Translations under genes and position numbers: made by a program | Assembly (NCBI GenBank): GCA_951406725.2 | Contig: OX597822.1 | Span: 9,114,001-9,178,000 of the forward strand | DNA length: 64,000 bases | DNA from: Octopus vulgaris | Taxonomy: Eukaryota | Direction of reading: 5' to 3' | Part shown: one piece after another, positions 27,868-41,635 of the stretch | Position numbering within the stretch: position 1 is the first letter of the stretch | Layout of the letters: each line of letters starts with the position of its first letter | The notes under the pieces: generated by a model | Told to the model about the DNA's origin: nothing | Databases searched by the model: none | The model's input: only the letters and a program-made list of their open reading frames with translations

Positions 27868-28105
27868 AAGGCGGCGAGCTGGCAGAAACGTTAGCACGCC
27901 GGGCGAAATGCTTAGCGGCATTTCGTCTGCCGCTACGTTCTGAGTTCAAATTCGGCCGAGGTCGACTTTGCCTTTCACCCTTTCGGGGTCGATTAAATAA
28001 GTACCAGTTACGCACTGGAGTCGATATAATCAACTTAATCCGTTTGTCTGTCCTTGCTTGTCCCCTCTGTATGTAGCTCCTTGTGGGCAGTAAAGAAATA
28101 AGGAA
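27868..28105 (+). mobile_element. SINE family B
   Basis: A-box-like tggcagaaacgttag and B-box gagttcaaattc; older copies near 28500-29180, 31610-31800, 39640-39855. Confidence 0.85.
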
Positions 28106-29309
28106 ACTAAAAGGCCACTGTGTGTGTGTGTGTGTGTGTGTGTGCACTTGAAAATTTGTGTGTGTCTGTGTGTGTTTGTGTCTGTCTCCCACTAACACTT
28201 TTTGCGGTTTTGCTAAGTGGCCGATATAAGAAAAACCAGCGTTTACAAAATAACTACTGGGTTCGATTCGTTCATCTAAACTTCTTCGAGGTGGTCTCCC
28301 ACTGTGGCCGCAGTCTAAGGAATAAAGCAAATAAAAGATAAAAGGTCAGTACATAAAAATCCAGAAGAAATGATACAAGCCATTTCTTTTTCTAATGCTC
28401 TAATGCTTAGGCATATTGCCAGCAGGTTTAAGGAACATTCGACTCCAGTACATGGTTGATACTTAATTTTATCGGTGTGTTGTAATAATAGAAATAATTG
28501 GTTTCAAGTTTTAGCACAAGGCCAGAGAGTCCGGGTGTGGAGGTAAGGCGATTACATTGACCACAGTATTTAACTGGTATCTATATTATAGACCTCGAAA
28601 GGAAGAAAGTTGAAATCGACCTTGGTGGAATGTGAACTCAGAACGTAAAGACGAACGAAATGCAGCAAAACATTTCAACCGGTATGCTAGTGATTCTTCC
28701 TTCTCGTTGCTTTAATTATATAGATAATTACCTCATAAATATATCAAATATAATTTTCTCTTATATAAAGTACTTTATATTAGACCGGTAGACGGTGACG
28801 AGCTAATGTAATTGTTAAGAAGCCAGATACAATATTTCGTGACATTTCGTCTGACTTTGCGTTCTGAGTTGGCTTGCCCTTCATTCTCTCAGGGTCGAAT
28901 GGCTATGCACTTGCCAAGCACTGGGCTAGATATGATCAACTACCTCGGCCCCCGAAATTTCAAATCTTGTGCTTATAAAAGAAAGGATTATTGGACCGTT
29001 AGAACCGCCGAGGTCGACTTTATCTTTTACCCTTTCGGGCTCTATAAAATAAGTACCAGTCAAGCACTGAGGTCGATGTAATGAACTAGAACCCAACCCC
29101 TTTAACTCTCAAGACCAGTACCAGTGGTAGAAAGTATTATTAGAGCTAGAGTAAGACAGTGAGCTGGAGGAATTGTTAGCACGCGGAAATTATATTGAAA
29201 ATTCATGCTGCACCCATTCCAAGTTACATTGAAAGCGATTTAGTATTCCTACTCAACCAATACTGTTAAAGCTATTACAACCACCACCACCAACACTACC
29301 TCTCCTCCT

Positions 29310-29335
29310 CCTCCTACTACTACTACTACTACTAC

Positions 29336-29393
<58 letters not shown>

Positions 29394-29451
29394 TTTACCC
29401 CAGTGTCACTTTGATGGCATGAACTGCTCTCTCACTCAATAATAATAATAA

Positions 29452-29520
<69 letters not shown>

Positions 29521-29545
29521 CAACAACATTAGTAATAATAGTAAT
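29310..29545. repeat. (TAA)n tract containing a 47-bp retroposon 3' end (29393-29439)
   Basis: ttttaccccagtgtcactttgatggcatgaactgctctctcactca equals the reverse complement of 2116-2161. Confidence 0.9.
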
Positions 29546-30523
29546 ACTTATGCAGCAGGGTTTGAATTCGATGGATAAATGCTTGAAAGGTTAATCTGAA
29601 ATCGTATGGGATTAGATAAAATTACCTCCCAGCAAACAGCAAGGAGTGATTTGGTATCGATTTTATCCTACCTTAAAGTAATCTGTATGCGATTTCCAAT
29701 ATCTGGAAGCTAGATAAAATGAATTGTGCATTGTGGTTAAGAAGCTTGCTTCGAAATTACGTCGTCTTGGATCCAATTCTAGTGCGCGGCACCTTGAGCA
29801 AGTGTCTTCTTCTATTGCCCCAAGATGACCGGTAGACTGGGTCTCAATTCATTACGTCTCTTCATTTAAATTCACGACCACACATATTTACACATACCAC
29901 ACACCTTCCATTTCCTCTCCTCCTCTATCCACACCTTCTCTACGCTTTTATACTCAGTACTCAAACCACACACACACACTGACACAAGTAAAGTACGTTC
30001 TGAGTTTCACTTCAAAATGGTGACCTTGTTGTATAACCGCAATTTAACGTCTGAATCAAATGCAGAAGTAAAAGAGACAGAAATTGTTACGACCACCTGA
30101 ATACTTGCAACACATTGAACTTTAATAAAAACACTCAGAGAAAAGAAACTGACAACTAGAAAAAATATAACAAAACGTTGTGCCCTACTTTCTGTCGACT
30201 CTGTATGTTCGCCTTAAACTTGTTCATATCGATTCATAATTTGATCTCCTTCACCATGATCTTTACTCGAAGCAATAACTTCATGGTATTAAACAGTTTT
30301 ATGTATGAATGAAAGAGCGAACATATGAAGAAAAGAAACTAACCCTAATGTTATGATTTGATCTCCCTTGTGACTAATATTTTCTTAAAGTGTATGCCAT
30401 TTATTCAATGATATCATTTGTCTCTCTCACTCTCCCGTTATCTATCTATTTATATATCTACTTAAATATTTATTTATCCCTCCCTTCCTCTATCTATCTA
30501 TCAATCTATATATATGAGAAAGA

Positions 30524-30646
30524 GAGACCACTATGTAGATCCCTGTATGCTAAAAATAGACGTCAAACCGTCTTACCATGAAATTTACTGGCAACACGGT
30601 TTGACGTCTATATTTAGCATACAAGGGATCCACATAGTGGTGTCTC
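30524..30646. repeat. ~55-bp-arm inverted repeat (hairpin)
   Basis: ccactatg..gacgtcaaaccgt / acggtttgacgtc..catagtgg. Confidence 0.85.
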
Positions 30647-30909
30647 CAATTAATAATAGAAGGGTAAAATTTATTAATCAAATTAATTAATTAATAATTT
30701 TACCAAGTAGATCGTTATGTTAAAATAACCTTTGTAGGTAAAATTATCCCCGTAATTATGATTAGGGTTCAGCTAATTGTTTCGCCACATACCGTATTTA
30801 GAAATAGGAGTTACAATTCCTTTTCTGCCACTATAAGAATCTCCATGACGTTAACATACTTTTTTACGAAGGCAAAGAGACAAACAATGAATCAACACGA
30901 CCAGGATTA

Positions 30910-30972
30910 ACTATATACGCGTTTCGAGATTAAAGTGATTTAAATTTTACTTACTTCTCTCTTCAGTATAGT
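30910..30972 (-). ncRNA. Canonical-core minimal type I hammerhead ribozyme
   Basis: actata-CTGAAGA-gaga..tctc-GAAAC-gc-GTA-tatagt. Confidence 0.8.
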
Positions 30973-33029
30973 ATTTCCAATTTATAAAATTTGCAGTGCT
31001 AGGGCTGAATATGCACACAATCGAGCGACATCATGTAACAGATATCCAACTAACACTTCCAAACTTTACAGAACCAAATGTGAATACACTATTCAAACTC
31101 TCTACCCATGTGTATGCTACGAGCAATACCGCAGAAAACTGCAAATTCTGTTAAGATGAAAGAATTGTAAACTATAGTAAAATGACTGGCACACTCCATT
31201 TTTCCTATTTATCATTATGTTTGTGTGTGTGCATCTGTGTGTGTGAGAGAGAGAGAGAGGGGGAGAGAAAGATTGTGTGTGTGTGTCCGTGTGTGTGTGT
31301 TTGTGTTTTCACAGTCCACGATTGGACGGCGGTTTGTATTTTTCCGGACTTGGTTCCCGCCTACTCAACTGAAGATGAGCACCAGCTGACTACTCGTGCA
31401 GCTTTCTCTCTCCCACTTTTCACATCCTCAATATTCCACTAGATAAAGTATTTGGAGGACTGAGTGTCTTTGTCGAGACTACGTAGTTAACTAAAACAAT
31501 TAGTGAAATCACAGTACATGCTACGTGGTCATGACGATTATGTTTTTGGTTTGTATTTTTTTAAGATGTTCGTACGCAACAACAAAGGGATTTGTAACTT
31601 TGTTCATAACTTCGGCAAGCTGACAGAATTATTAGCACGCCTTACAAGAAACTTAGCAGCATTTCTCCCGTCTTCAACGTACTGAGTTCGTATTCCGCCG
31701 AAGTCAAATTTTGAACTGGTTGAACGCTGGGGTCGATTTAATCGAGAAGCCCCTTCCCACAAAATGTCAGACCTTGTACTTGTATTAGAAAATATTATTT
31801 CGCTTACTGTGGCTTCTGATAGCACAATAGCTATCCATCATTGCAAATGTCTGCAATGCGAAACACGAAGTAGAAAATATCTGCGTCGGCCACGGAGAAG
31901 ATTATTGTACTTATCGAATTCTATAAAACCATGTGGGCCTAAATATAAATGTTCCGCAATGTAGTATTCTTCGCCATTTTTACAATGTGACGCATAATTA
32001 AAAGCAAATGTTCCATTACTCTGCCGTCACGAGTTCAAATTCTAATAATGACCTGGTAGAAGTAAACAGAAAACCACTTCAGTCTATAATTTCCTTGCAC
32101 CATAATATACGCACTGCCTCCTAACTGCTACTCCAAACAACCTAATAAACGTACAATATTAACTACTGCATCACTCGTTACTGTAGCTTTATAGTTGTGT
32201 CTTGTTCTCCAGCAACGTTGACTGTATTGTATAAAATAAACATCAAACGAAAATTCTACATGAATGGAGCAAGGTGCATAAAATATCTTACGGCGCTTTC
32301 TTCTTTAAAGTCTCTAGCTATCACACATTTTTAATGTTTTATTCTATTTTGCTTTCTACTGTGAGTCCTGGTTTTTCCATTAATCCGAAATGTATGGTAA
32401 TATAGGTGGTGTGTTAGCAGAATCGTTAAAGGGATGAATAGAATGTTGCGTGATATTTGTTCTAAATTTTTTACTCTCGGAGATCAAATCTCAGTTAAGT
32501 TAACTTTGCTTTTAATCCCTTCTGAGCCGATTAACAAATCAACAGCCCCGGTTGGTGAGTTGATGGAGCTTCAACAACGTAGGACTGTATGCTTTGCAGC
32601 ATTTGATCTGGATCTTCAAGTTCTAAGTCCATATCCTACCATGGCAGTTTTGAATAATACGCGTAATCCGCCACGCTGCTTAATATCATCGGCTGACATC
32701 TTGTGACCTGAGTGACTTGAGTGGAGAAATCCACACTGCAGCAAACATTTGAGGGAAATTTCTGATTTGCTAACACTTTCCTTCCTCTCCCCCTTACCCT
32801 CGGAGGCGCTGTAAAGGGTTATGATACTTTCTTGTCTTCTGACTGAACGATAGCGTTCAGAAGCTCGCTTTGCAGCCATGTAATCTATGTTTCAGCTCCA
32901 CTGCACGACATCTTATGCGAGTGTCTACTACTATAATCCCAGCTCGATTAATGGCTTTGTAAATGAATTTGGTAAGAGCGGTTTCTATAGATAGGTAGCT
33001 AGATAGATGTTAGATAGATAGATAAATAG

Positions 33030-33075
<46 letters not shown>

Positions 33076-33430
33076 CGAGTCAACAGATGATGCTCAATAC
33101 AGAAAACACGTAGTATAGTCGCTCTCTCCACCCTAACGAAGAAAGCTTATTTTACGGTAATATTTATATGAATGTTCTACTAGTTGCACATCCTTGACAT
33201 TTTGAACAGTCCATCCGCTAATAATAAGTATTAAAATTATTTCGTAATTCCGAACCCCAAGAAACAGCTGTCGGACCACCCTTTAATTTCTGTCATTTCT
33301 GTATTCCATGTATATAAATATCTAAATATCCAAATATATAAATATCTGTACGCTTATAAATGAGTGATCATCTCTCTCTCTCTCTCTTCCCATATATATA
33401 TATATATATATATATATATCAAATAGTGTA

Positions 33431-33979
33431 CATTTAAACTCTAGAGAAACTGCCTTCAGCAGGCAGTTCTACACGCTAGAAGAGGTAGTCAAAACGACCA
33501 AAACCACCTTTAAGAGCAATTTTTAAAGGGAATGAAAAATAAAAACTTTTACCTTGTTATTTTATTCCTGTCAAACCTAGGTTTCAATTTGTTTTAATAA
33601 ATAAGATAATTTGCTAGGCGAAATTCTCATCAGTGACCGTGCCATAACACTAACATATAACTAAGAGACAAATAACACGCGTCTCATCGTTTTACATTAT
33701 AATCTTTCAAATGCACCGCGCAAGCACAGTTTCAGTCAGCAGTTAATGAATAAATGCCAAAGAATCTTCTAAAAATTGCTAAAACCATATGCGTAAAATA
33801 TGAGGTAGCTAGTATTTTTTTAAAATTCCACTACCAGTGGCCTAGCATGTATAGAAAGTCAATAGACAACATATTCTCAATATAAAATACTGTACTTAAA
33901 TGTGTGTTTTGGTCGTTTTGACAACATCTTCCAGCGTGTAAAACTGCCTGTTGAAGGCAGTTTCTCTTGTGTTCAAATG
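33431..33979. mobile_element. MITE with ~75-bp TIRs and TA TSD
   Basis: catttaaac..gagaaactgccttcagcaggcag..cgaccaaaac inverted at 33905-33979. Confidence 0.75.
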
Positions 33980-33993
33980 TACATGCAATATGA

Positions 33994-34164
33994 GGCGGCA
34001 GAGTGGCTGTGTGTTAAGTAGCTTTCTTACGAACCACATGGTTCCGGGTTCAGTCCCACTGCGTGGCACCTTGGGCAAGTGTCTTCTACTATAGCCTCGG
34101 GCCGACCAAAGCCTTGTGAGTGGATTTGGTAGACGGAAACTGAAAGAAGCCCGTCGTATATATG

Positions 34165-34197
<33 letters not shown>

Positions 34198-34404
34198 GTG
34201 TGTGTGTTTGTCCCCCCAACATCGCATGACAACCGATGCTGGTGTGTTTACGTCCCTGTAACTTAGTGGTTCGGCAAAAGAGACCAATAGAATAAGTACT
34301 AGGCTTCCAAAGAATAAGTCCTGGGGTCGATTTGCTCGACTAAAAAGGTGGTGCTCCAGCATGGCCACAGTCAAATGACTGAAACAAGTAAAAGAGTAAA
34401 GAGT
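33994..34404 (+). mobile_element. Full-length SINE family A
   Basis: tRNA-like head (tggctgtgtgttaag, gggttcagtccc), accttgggcaagt core, internal TA/TG tract, (gtaaaaga)n tail. Confidence 0.9.
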
Positions 34405-35029
34405 ACGAACTATGTTTTCGAACAACAAAAGACACAAATGGAAATCAGGACAAACAACACAAAGAACGACCTTTCCTCAGTTGTTATCTGTTTCTCTACT
34501 CTCGTATTTTGAGCATTTAACAACAATATATGCTTTCGATACAACAGTTGCTCCCACAAAGCAAATTAAATAAAGTTTGGGATTTTGCGAAGGGTCAAAA
34601 TTGGTAACACAAACAGGACAGTGAAAACAAACAGGAAGGGCTGCTAAGCCTAAACGAGGTTGTGGTGGCGAACGCGTAAATCAATCAAGGACAGGAAACA
34701 GACAAGAACAAGTCTTCGTTGATCCAGCTACAACGGAGAGAGAGAAAGAAACACAAGTTAGGAGAAGAAATATCGCCGATGGTCACGTGGGAGCACGTGA
34801 GCAATGGGGAAGAGTGGCGAAGAGAGAGTAACAGACTGAGAAATGTGAAGAGGAGAGCAAAAAATTGGTGATAGGATAAGTGAGATAAAACAGGAGGGGG
34901 AGATGGTAGATAGAAGAATATATAACATACACGTGGGTACAAGAGATAAATATGTATTCACATTCGGCTGTGTAAAGTTTGGAAGTGTTGGTTGGATATC
35001 TGTTGCACGATGTCACTTGATTGTGTGCG

Positions 35030-35290
35030 TATTTAACCCTAGCACTTTCAATTTTTATAATGGAAATGCTACACTGATGACGGGAAGTAAGTAATTTAAA
35101 TACTTTAATCTCGAAACGCGCCTTTGGCTAATCGGAGTCGGGTTGATTCATTATTTTTTTCTTTGCCTACGTAAAAAAAGTGTGTTACTGTCTGGGAGAT
35201 AATTACGTTAGTAGAAAAGGAATTTTTAACTCCTATTTCTAAATTCGGTGTGGTGAAGCAATTAGCTGCCCCCTAATTATAATTGTGTTT
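35030..35290 (+). mobile_element. Diverged copy of the 30750-31010 HHR-bearing element
   Basis: Inverted homology; CTGATGA (35074)..tctc-GAAACGCG with mutated cleavage site. Confidence 0.7.
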
Positions 35291-35299
35291 ATAATTATA

Positions 35300-35387
<88 letters not shown>

Positions 35388-35726
35388 GTGTATTGATATA
35401 TTCGAGTGGTAAATAAATTTATTTCCGAATCATGTGGTTGCGGGCTCGGCACAACTACGTGTCACCTTCAATATGTGACTTGTTCAATATCCTTGATTCG
35501 ATCAAATGCACGTGAATGAAGTGGGCTGACGGAAACTGTACGGTAACCCGTCGGAATAGTTGTGCCTCTAAAATAAGCAACCAATAGTACCGCGCTCTTT
35601 GTTACGTTTATTACGACATAGGTTTTTGTTAATGTTAAATTTACACGTGTCTCCGTGATTCTCAGTCACTTAGACTAAAAACAAAGAATAGCCATAGCAG
35701 AAACTGAGAATTTATTTATATTTATA

Positions 35727-36144
35727 TACTCTTTTACTCTTTTACTTGTTTCAGTCATTTGACTGCGGCCATGCTGGAGCACCGCCTTCAGTCGAGCGAC
35801 TCGACTCTGGGACTTATTCTGTTTGTAAGCCCAGTACTTATTCTATCGGTCTCTTTTTGCTGAACCGCTAAGTGACGGGGGCGTAAACACACCAGCATCG
35901 GTTGTCAAGCAATGCTAGGGGAACAAACACAGACACACAAACATATACACACACACTTATATATATATATATACATATATACGACAGGCTTCTTTCAGAT
36001 TCCGTCTACCAAATCCACTCACAAGGCATTGGTCGACCCGGGGCTATAGCAGAAGACACTTGCCCAAGATGCCACGCAGTGGGACTGAACCCGGAACCAT
36101 GTGGTTGGTTAGCAAGCTACTTACCACACAGCCACTCCTGCGCC
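35727..36144 (-). mobile_element. Full-length SINE family A
   Basis: High similarity to 33994-34404. Confidence 0.9.
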
Positions 36145-36784
36145 TATATGTATGTGTACGTGTGTGGTTGTACCTTCTGCTTTCATCAAGAAATCTGAAA
36201 ACTTCTCCGTTTTTTACTACAACGTTTCTGATTATCTTTTATCTTTTATTTTTTTAGTGGCTCAGTCATAAGTCTCCAGCCATACTGGAGCAGCGGCTGG
36301 AAGCTTTTCTTTTTATTAATCGAATGAATTAATTCTAGTACTTATGCTTATTTTAAACCGTGTACTTATTCTATTGGTCTCTTTTGGCCAGCCGCTAAGT
36401 TACGGAAACGTAACCACATTAACACCGGTTGCTAAGCGGTGGTGGAGGACAAGCACAGACACAATGACACATGCGCACACACACGCACGCACATATATAC
36501 ATATACATATATGTATTAATATTCACTGAGAGAATCTTTCACAATGATAAGGAAATATTAAGAGAGGCTCTGTGTTTAAGCAGTTTACATAAACGTGTTC
36601 AAAATGGGTAGTAAAATAAATTCATAATTATTTATAAGTTCATCAAATGTCAAGGTGGTATATAAAAATATATACTCCAAGCAAATATGATTCTAAATAT
36701 TTTTATGTCTGCGAAATTGGTTGAGGAACATTCGAGGAATAAATTTCCAAAAGTAAACTTAAGCTTTCTGATTCTCCATTATTC

Positions 36785-37192
36785 TCTTTTACTCTTTTAC
36801 TCTTTTACTTGTTTCAGTCATTTGACTGCGGCCATGCTGGAGCACCACCTTTAGTCGAGCAAATCGACACCAGGACTTATTCTTTGTAAGCCCAGTACTT
36901 ATTCTATCGGTCTCTTTTGCCGAACCGCTAAGTGACGGGGACGTAAACACACCACCATCGGTTGTCAAGCAATGCTAGGGGGACAAACACAGACACACAC
37001 ACACACATATATATATATATACATATATACGACGGGCTTCTTTCAGTTTCCGTCTACCAAATCCACTCCCAAGGCATTGGTCGGCCCGGGGCTATAGCAG
37101 AAGACACTTGCCCAAGATGCCACGCAGTGGGACTGAACCCGGAACCATGTGGTTGGTTAGCAAGCTACTTACCACACAGCCACTCCTGCGCC
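36785..37192 (-). mobile_element. Full-length SINE family A
   Basis: High similarity to other copies. Confidence 0.9.
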
Positions 37193-38583
37193 TGTTCACT
37201 AAGTTTTTATTTTATTTTTTTTTTTGTACGCTTTGAACACTGTCGGTTTTAAAATGTTGCACATCCAAGACCTGTTCACAAGAAAATGGTAAAAGAACCA
37301 AAATTTACTGCAACCACTTATAACGCACGTCAGGTGTGGAAGATATTCAAACATGAAAATTGAAAAAGTATTCAAACATAACTTTCCTTGTACTTTATAA
37401 ACTAACCAGTCATTATAATAAATGAAAATAGAAATAATGAAGTTGATAAAATAAAAATAGTTTTGAGATCGGTAGCTGAAATGAAACCTATAAAGGCAAG
37501 ATCAATTCCTTGGGATTGGCTATGAATTAATGATAACAAGATTGCATTAATACGGTTTCCAATTCAGATGTAATTTATACTGTATGCCAAAAGCAATAGA
37601 GTAGCATTGTAAAGAACTTTTGTAATGTTTTGACCATTCGGACAAACCAGCGCAAATACAAATGTTGAAAGAATGGTGATAACATAGTAAAGTTATATGA
37701 TATGCATATGATGTATGTGATCGCTTAGCCGTAGGTAAGATAATTCACTATTGTTCATCTAAGACGATATCAATTATATTGACAATATATAATATCGCTA
37801 TCAGGGTCAATTTTCAGATATGTGCGGCTAGCGAAATCTTTACTTAACGTGTATGATGCGTCTGAGTACATACTTAGATAAGTATGCTGGAATGTACAAC
37901 GTATGTATATATGTAAGCATATATATTTGTATATATGTAAACATATATATTTCTATCTGTCTAAACACACACGCTTACATATAGACATGTGTATGTGTGT
38001 GTGTGGCTGAGTGTGAGTGTGTGTGAAGAAGCATATATCTATGGCTGTAAATATACATTGATAGATTGAGTGTCTGCAAGTATATATTATGTTGATAGAG
38101 ACGTTGATAGAGGGGGTGTAGAATAAGATATGATCGAGAATTACAAAACTGTCGATAAACGTCGAAGTTATGTCTAAAACCAGACATACGCACACGCGCA
38201 CATGTATACATGTTGAATACATATGTATATACAATACGTATATTTATGTATGTGTAACGTATTTAGAAATGCAAATATCCTTGCAAATACGTATCTGTGA
38301 AGTTTCATACTGTGATTATAAATCCGTACATGCATAGCTTTATGCATAAATTTATAGACATAGATCCGACATAATCATTCCATTTGCTAGATATTATTTC
38401 CAAATCTCTCAAATCGAACTCTGTTGTTTTGAGAAGTATCAGTTTAAAAATGTAGTCCCGAGTATACAAATAGATAGAATGTCCAAACTTGCAAAACTTT
38501 TACGTTTCCTCAATCACGGCTAACCCCCAGCTAAACAATAAAAGATTTATATATACGCATATATATATATATGTATATATATA

Positions 38584-38987
38584 GGCGCAGGAGTGGCTGT
38601 GTGGTAAGTAGCTTGCTAACCAACCACATGGTTCCGGGTTCAGTCCCACTGCCTGGCATCTTGGGCAAGTGTCTTCTGCTATAGCCCCGGGCTGACCAAT
38701 GCCTTGTGGGTGGATTTGGTAGACGAAAACTGAAAGAAGCCTGTCGTATATATGTATATATATATATGTGTGTGTGTGTTTGTGTGTCTGTGTTTGTACC
38801 CCTAGCATTGCTTGACAACCAATGCATGTGTGTTTACGTCCCCGTCACTTAGCGGTTCGGCAAAAGAGACCGATAGAATAAGTACTGGGCTTACAAAGAA
38901 TAAGTCCCGGGGTCGATTTGCTCGACTAAAGGCGGTGCTCCAGCATGGCCGCAGTCAAATGACTGAAACAAGTAAAAGAGTAAAGAG
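38584..38987 (+). mobile_element. Full-length SINE family A inserted in (TA)n
   Basis: High similarity to other copies; TA tracts on both sides. Confidence 0.9.
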
Positions 38988-39069
38988 AATATATATATAT
39001 ATATATATATACGTACATATAAATTTTTTATTGTTTAGTTGGGGGTTGGCTGTGATTGAGGAAACATAA

Positions 39070-39443
39070 AACTATTAATATCCAGTAACGCTGCCGTAAT
39101 CTCCTTTAGAGAGACTTAGTAATTTTAATATTTCTATTATTGAAAACAAGTGGATGTATTCCACTGTAACTAGGTAAATAAAGTCTTCGAACAGACGGTC
39201 AGTAGCGACACCTGCTGAGTCTGACTACGCTGCATTGATAAAGGGCAACAGCCCTGAAACATGTCTGCAGATGTCTGACTAGCAAGGTGAAGCGGCTGAC
39301 CTCCCCTGTTCGAAGGTTGTAATGGACGCAGGTTCGTGTGTGATATAGCTACCTAGAGGCGATGGCCTCATGGAGCTAATCAGCGACAGCTTTAGTCTTA
39401 TATTTATAAGACTGCTATATTAGTATGGCGATAACTATTAATA
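39070..39443 (+). mobile_element. ~363-bp non-coding HHR-bearing unit (retrozyme-like)
   Basis: Bounded by direct repeat aactattaata (39070-39080, 39433-39443); internal HHR; permuted copy at 684-820. Confidence 0.7.
39230..39270 (+). ncRNA. Minimal type I hammerhead ribozyme, U3-A8 core variant
   Basis: ctgca-TTGATAA-agggc aaca gccct-GAAAC-at-GTC-tgcag; all stems pair perfectly. Confidence 0.85.
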
Positions 39444-40847
39444 GATATATATACTCCAGCAGCACCCCATTCCTATGGCTGAAACTTCTAGAAGAAAAAA
39501 GCAGCTAATATACACTCACATATACCTATACTCGTATATACATACATATACTCATTCATATATAATACACATACATGTAATTTGATACACATGGAGGTCT
39601 CTCTTACTTTATCCCTGTCAAAAATATTTTACGAGATAATTTCGATTTCAAATATTGGCACAAGGCCAGCAATTTCGGGGGAGGGGTAAGTCGATTATAT
39701 CCCCAACGCTCAACTGGTATTTATTTTATCAACCACAAAATAATGAAAGGCAAAGTCGACCCTCAGCGGAATTTGAACCCTGAACATAAAGACGGACGAA
39801 ATGCCGCTAAGAAATGTTTCCCCCGTGTAGTAAAGTTTCTGCCAACTAGCCGCCTTTTTTTACTAGATTAATATTAAGTGCGATTATTTGTAGCTACGTT
39901 TCTATGTCAACAACTTTATAAAATGACATTTTGAGATTTCTCGATACTTGAAAACTGCGAACCACAACAAGCACGGCTATATCTGTGCTTGTACATGCAT
40001 GAGTATGTGTGAGAAAGGGAGGGAGAGAAAGGATCAAAAAGAAACATGATGAGAGATATTGTGTCCAGTCATGTAGATTGGGGCACAAATAATACTATTA
40101 GCACGAAATAATATACATTTAAGGTTTAGTGACGACGATAGAAAAAGGGCAACTTAGTCGATTAAAACAAAATAAAACAAATGAAGAATATAGTGGACAT
40201 GTCCGTGGATTGGAAGATAACAAAGAAATAGGATTTTGCGCCCGATTGAAGGTTTGTATGCAAATGAGAGGAACAACGAACAGGTGGAACATAGTAGAAT
40301 GAAGTGACATGGTGAAAGCGGCGAGAATTGAACACAAAAGAGACAAAGAGAGCGATAGAGAAAGAGAGAAAGAGGTGGAGAGAATGCATGTTGGTGGCGA
40401 GAGAGAGGGGGAAGGAGAGAGAGGAATAAAGAGAGAAAGTAGATAGCCGCACAACAATATAAAAAAAACTTTACTATTTCACGAAAACTGCGTTTTGGGT
40501 ATACATCCACACACAGTGCGAAATGAAGAGAAGCTCTAAAGAAGGCCATATTTATGCAATCGTCTGAAAAGACCCATTTTCAACTTGGATGTATGAAATT
40601 GATTACATACCATCTCACCAATGGACAACAGATGTAAAATGTATCGAAGCAATTGTAGTGACTTTTAAGTAAAGAATGTCTTTCATTCCATTTTCTATCA
40701 GTTATCTTTTTAAAGAAACTCTACGGATACTATAAAATTCCTGGTGCATATCAGGTAACAGGAGCATTTCCAATATATGATGACATCAGATAGCCAGTAA
40801 CTTTGGATGAGCTTTGCAAAGTATTCTGCAACGTTTATTTATGTATT

Positions 40848-40895
<48 letters not shown>

Positions 40896-40899
40896 TGTA

Positions 40900-40931
<32 letters not shown>

Positions 40932-41581
40932 ATGGGAAGTTGTATGCACTTATGTTGTATAATGCCCGAGATATAGTTTAATCGGAAGTAGTTTGAAACC
41001 TCGTTTCAAACCATCTTCATTGAAACACAACAGCGTGACACACAACCTCATTATCGTCTGTTACAAAATATTTGGCCTCTTTCAGTCTAAAAGAAAAAAA
41101 AATCAATCATACTTATCAATACGAAATATTTTCTAATTCATAAACAAATCAAAATATAATTTAGTGGACTCGGAAATGATTTATAATGTTTATTCTTATG
41201 ATTAATATTATTACATTGTGCAAAATGTGATTAATAAAACGCGCCTTAGCGTGAGGAAAATTATTAGATGTACGGAAGGAAACTTATCTATTTTGCTTCT
41301 TTTCAGAGTTGTCATTTCGAAGACAAGAGCGTCTTCGCCATATATATTCTATATATAGTAGACTTGTTGGCTACAATTTTATATTTCTTCTCATTTGAGT
41401 GATAACAATGGCGTGTCTCGCAAGCATTATACTAGCTGGCGAAAAATTCATCGTAAACTTTCACAGATTACAAATAATTCATTTTCTCATACATTCCCTC
41501 TTTCTCATTTTGTTTTTTTTTTTCTCCTGATTTTCGTTCCCATTTTCTGTATATTTATATTTATATCTTAGTGGATAGAAA

Positions 41582-41635
<54 letters not shown>

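Noticed and set aside
32616-32879. 87-aa non-repetitive ORF (MAAKRASERY...)
   Set aside because: No recognisable motif or convincing splice signals; flanked by SINE relics
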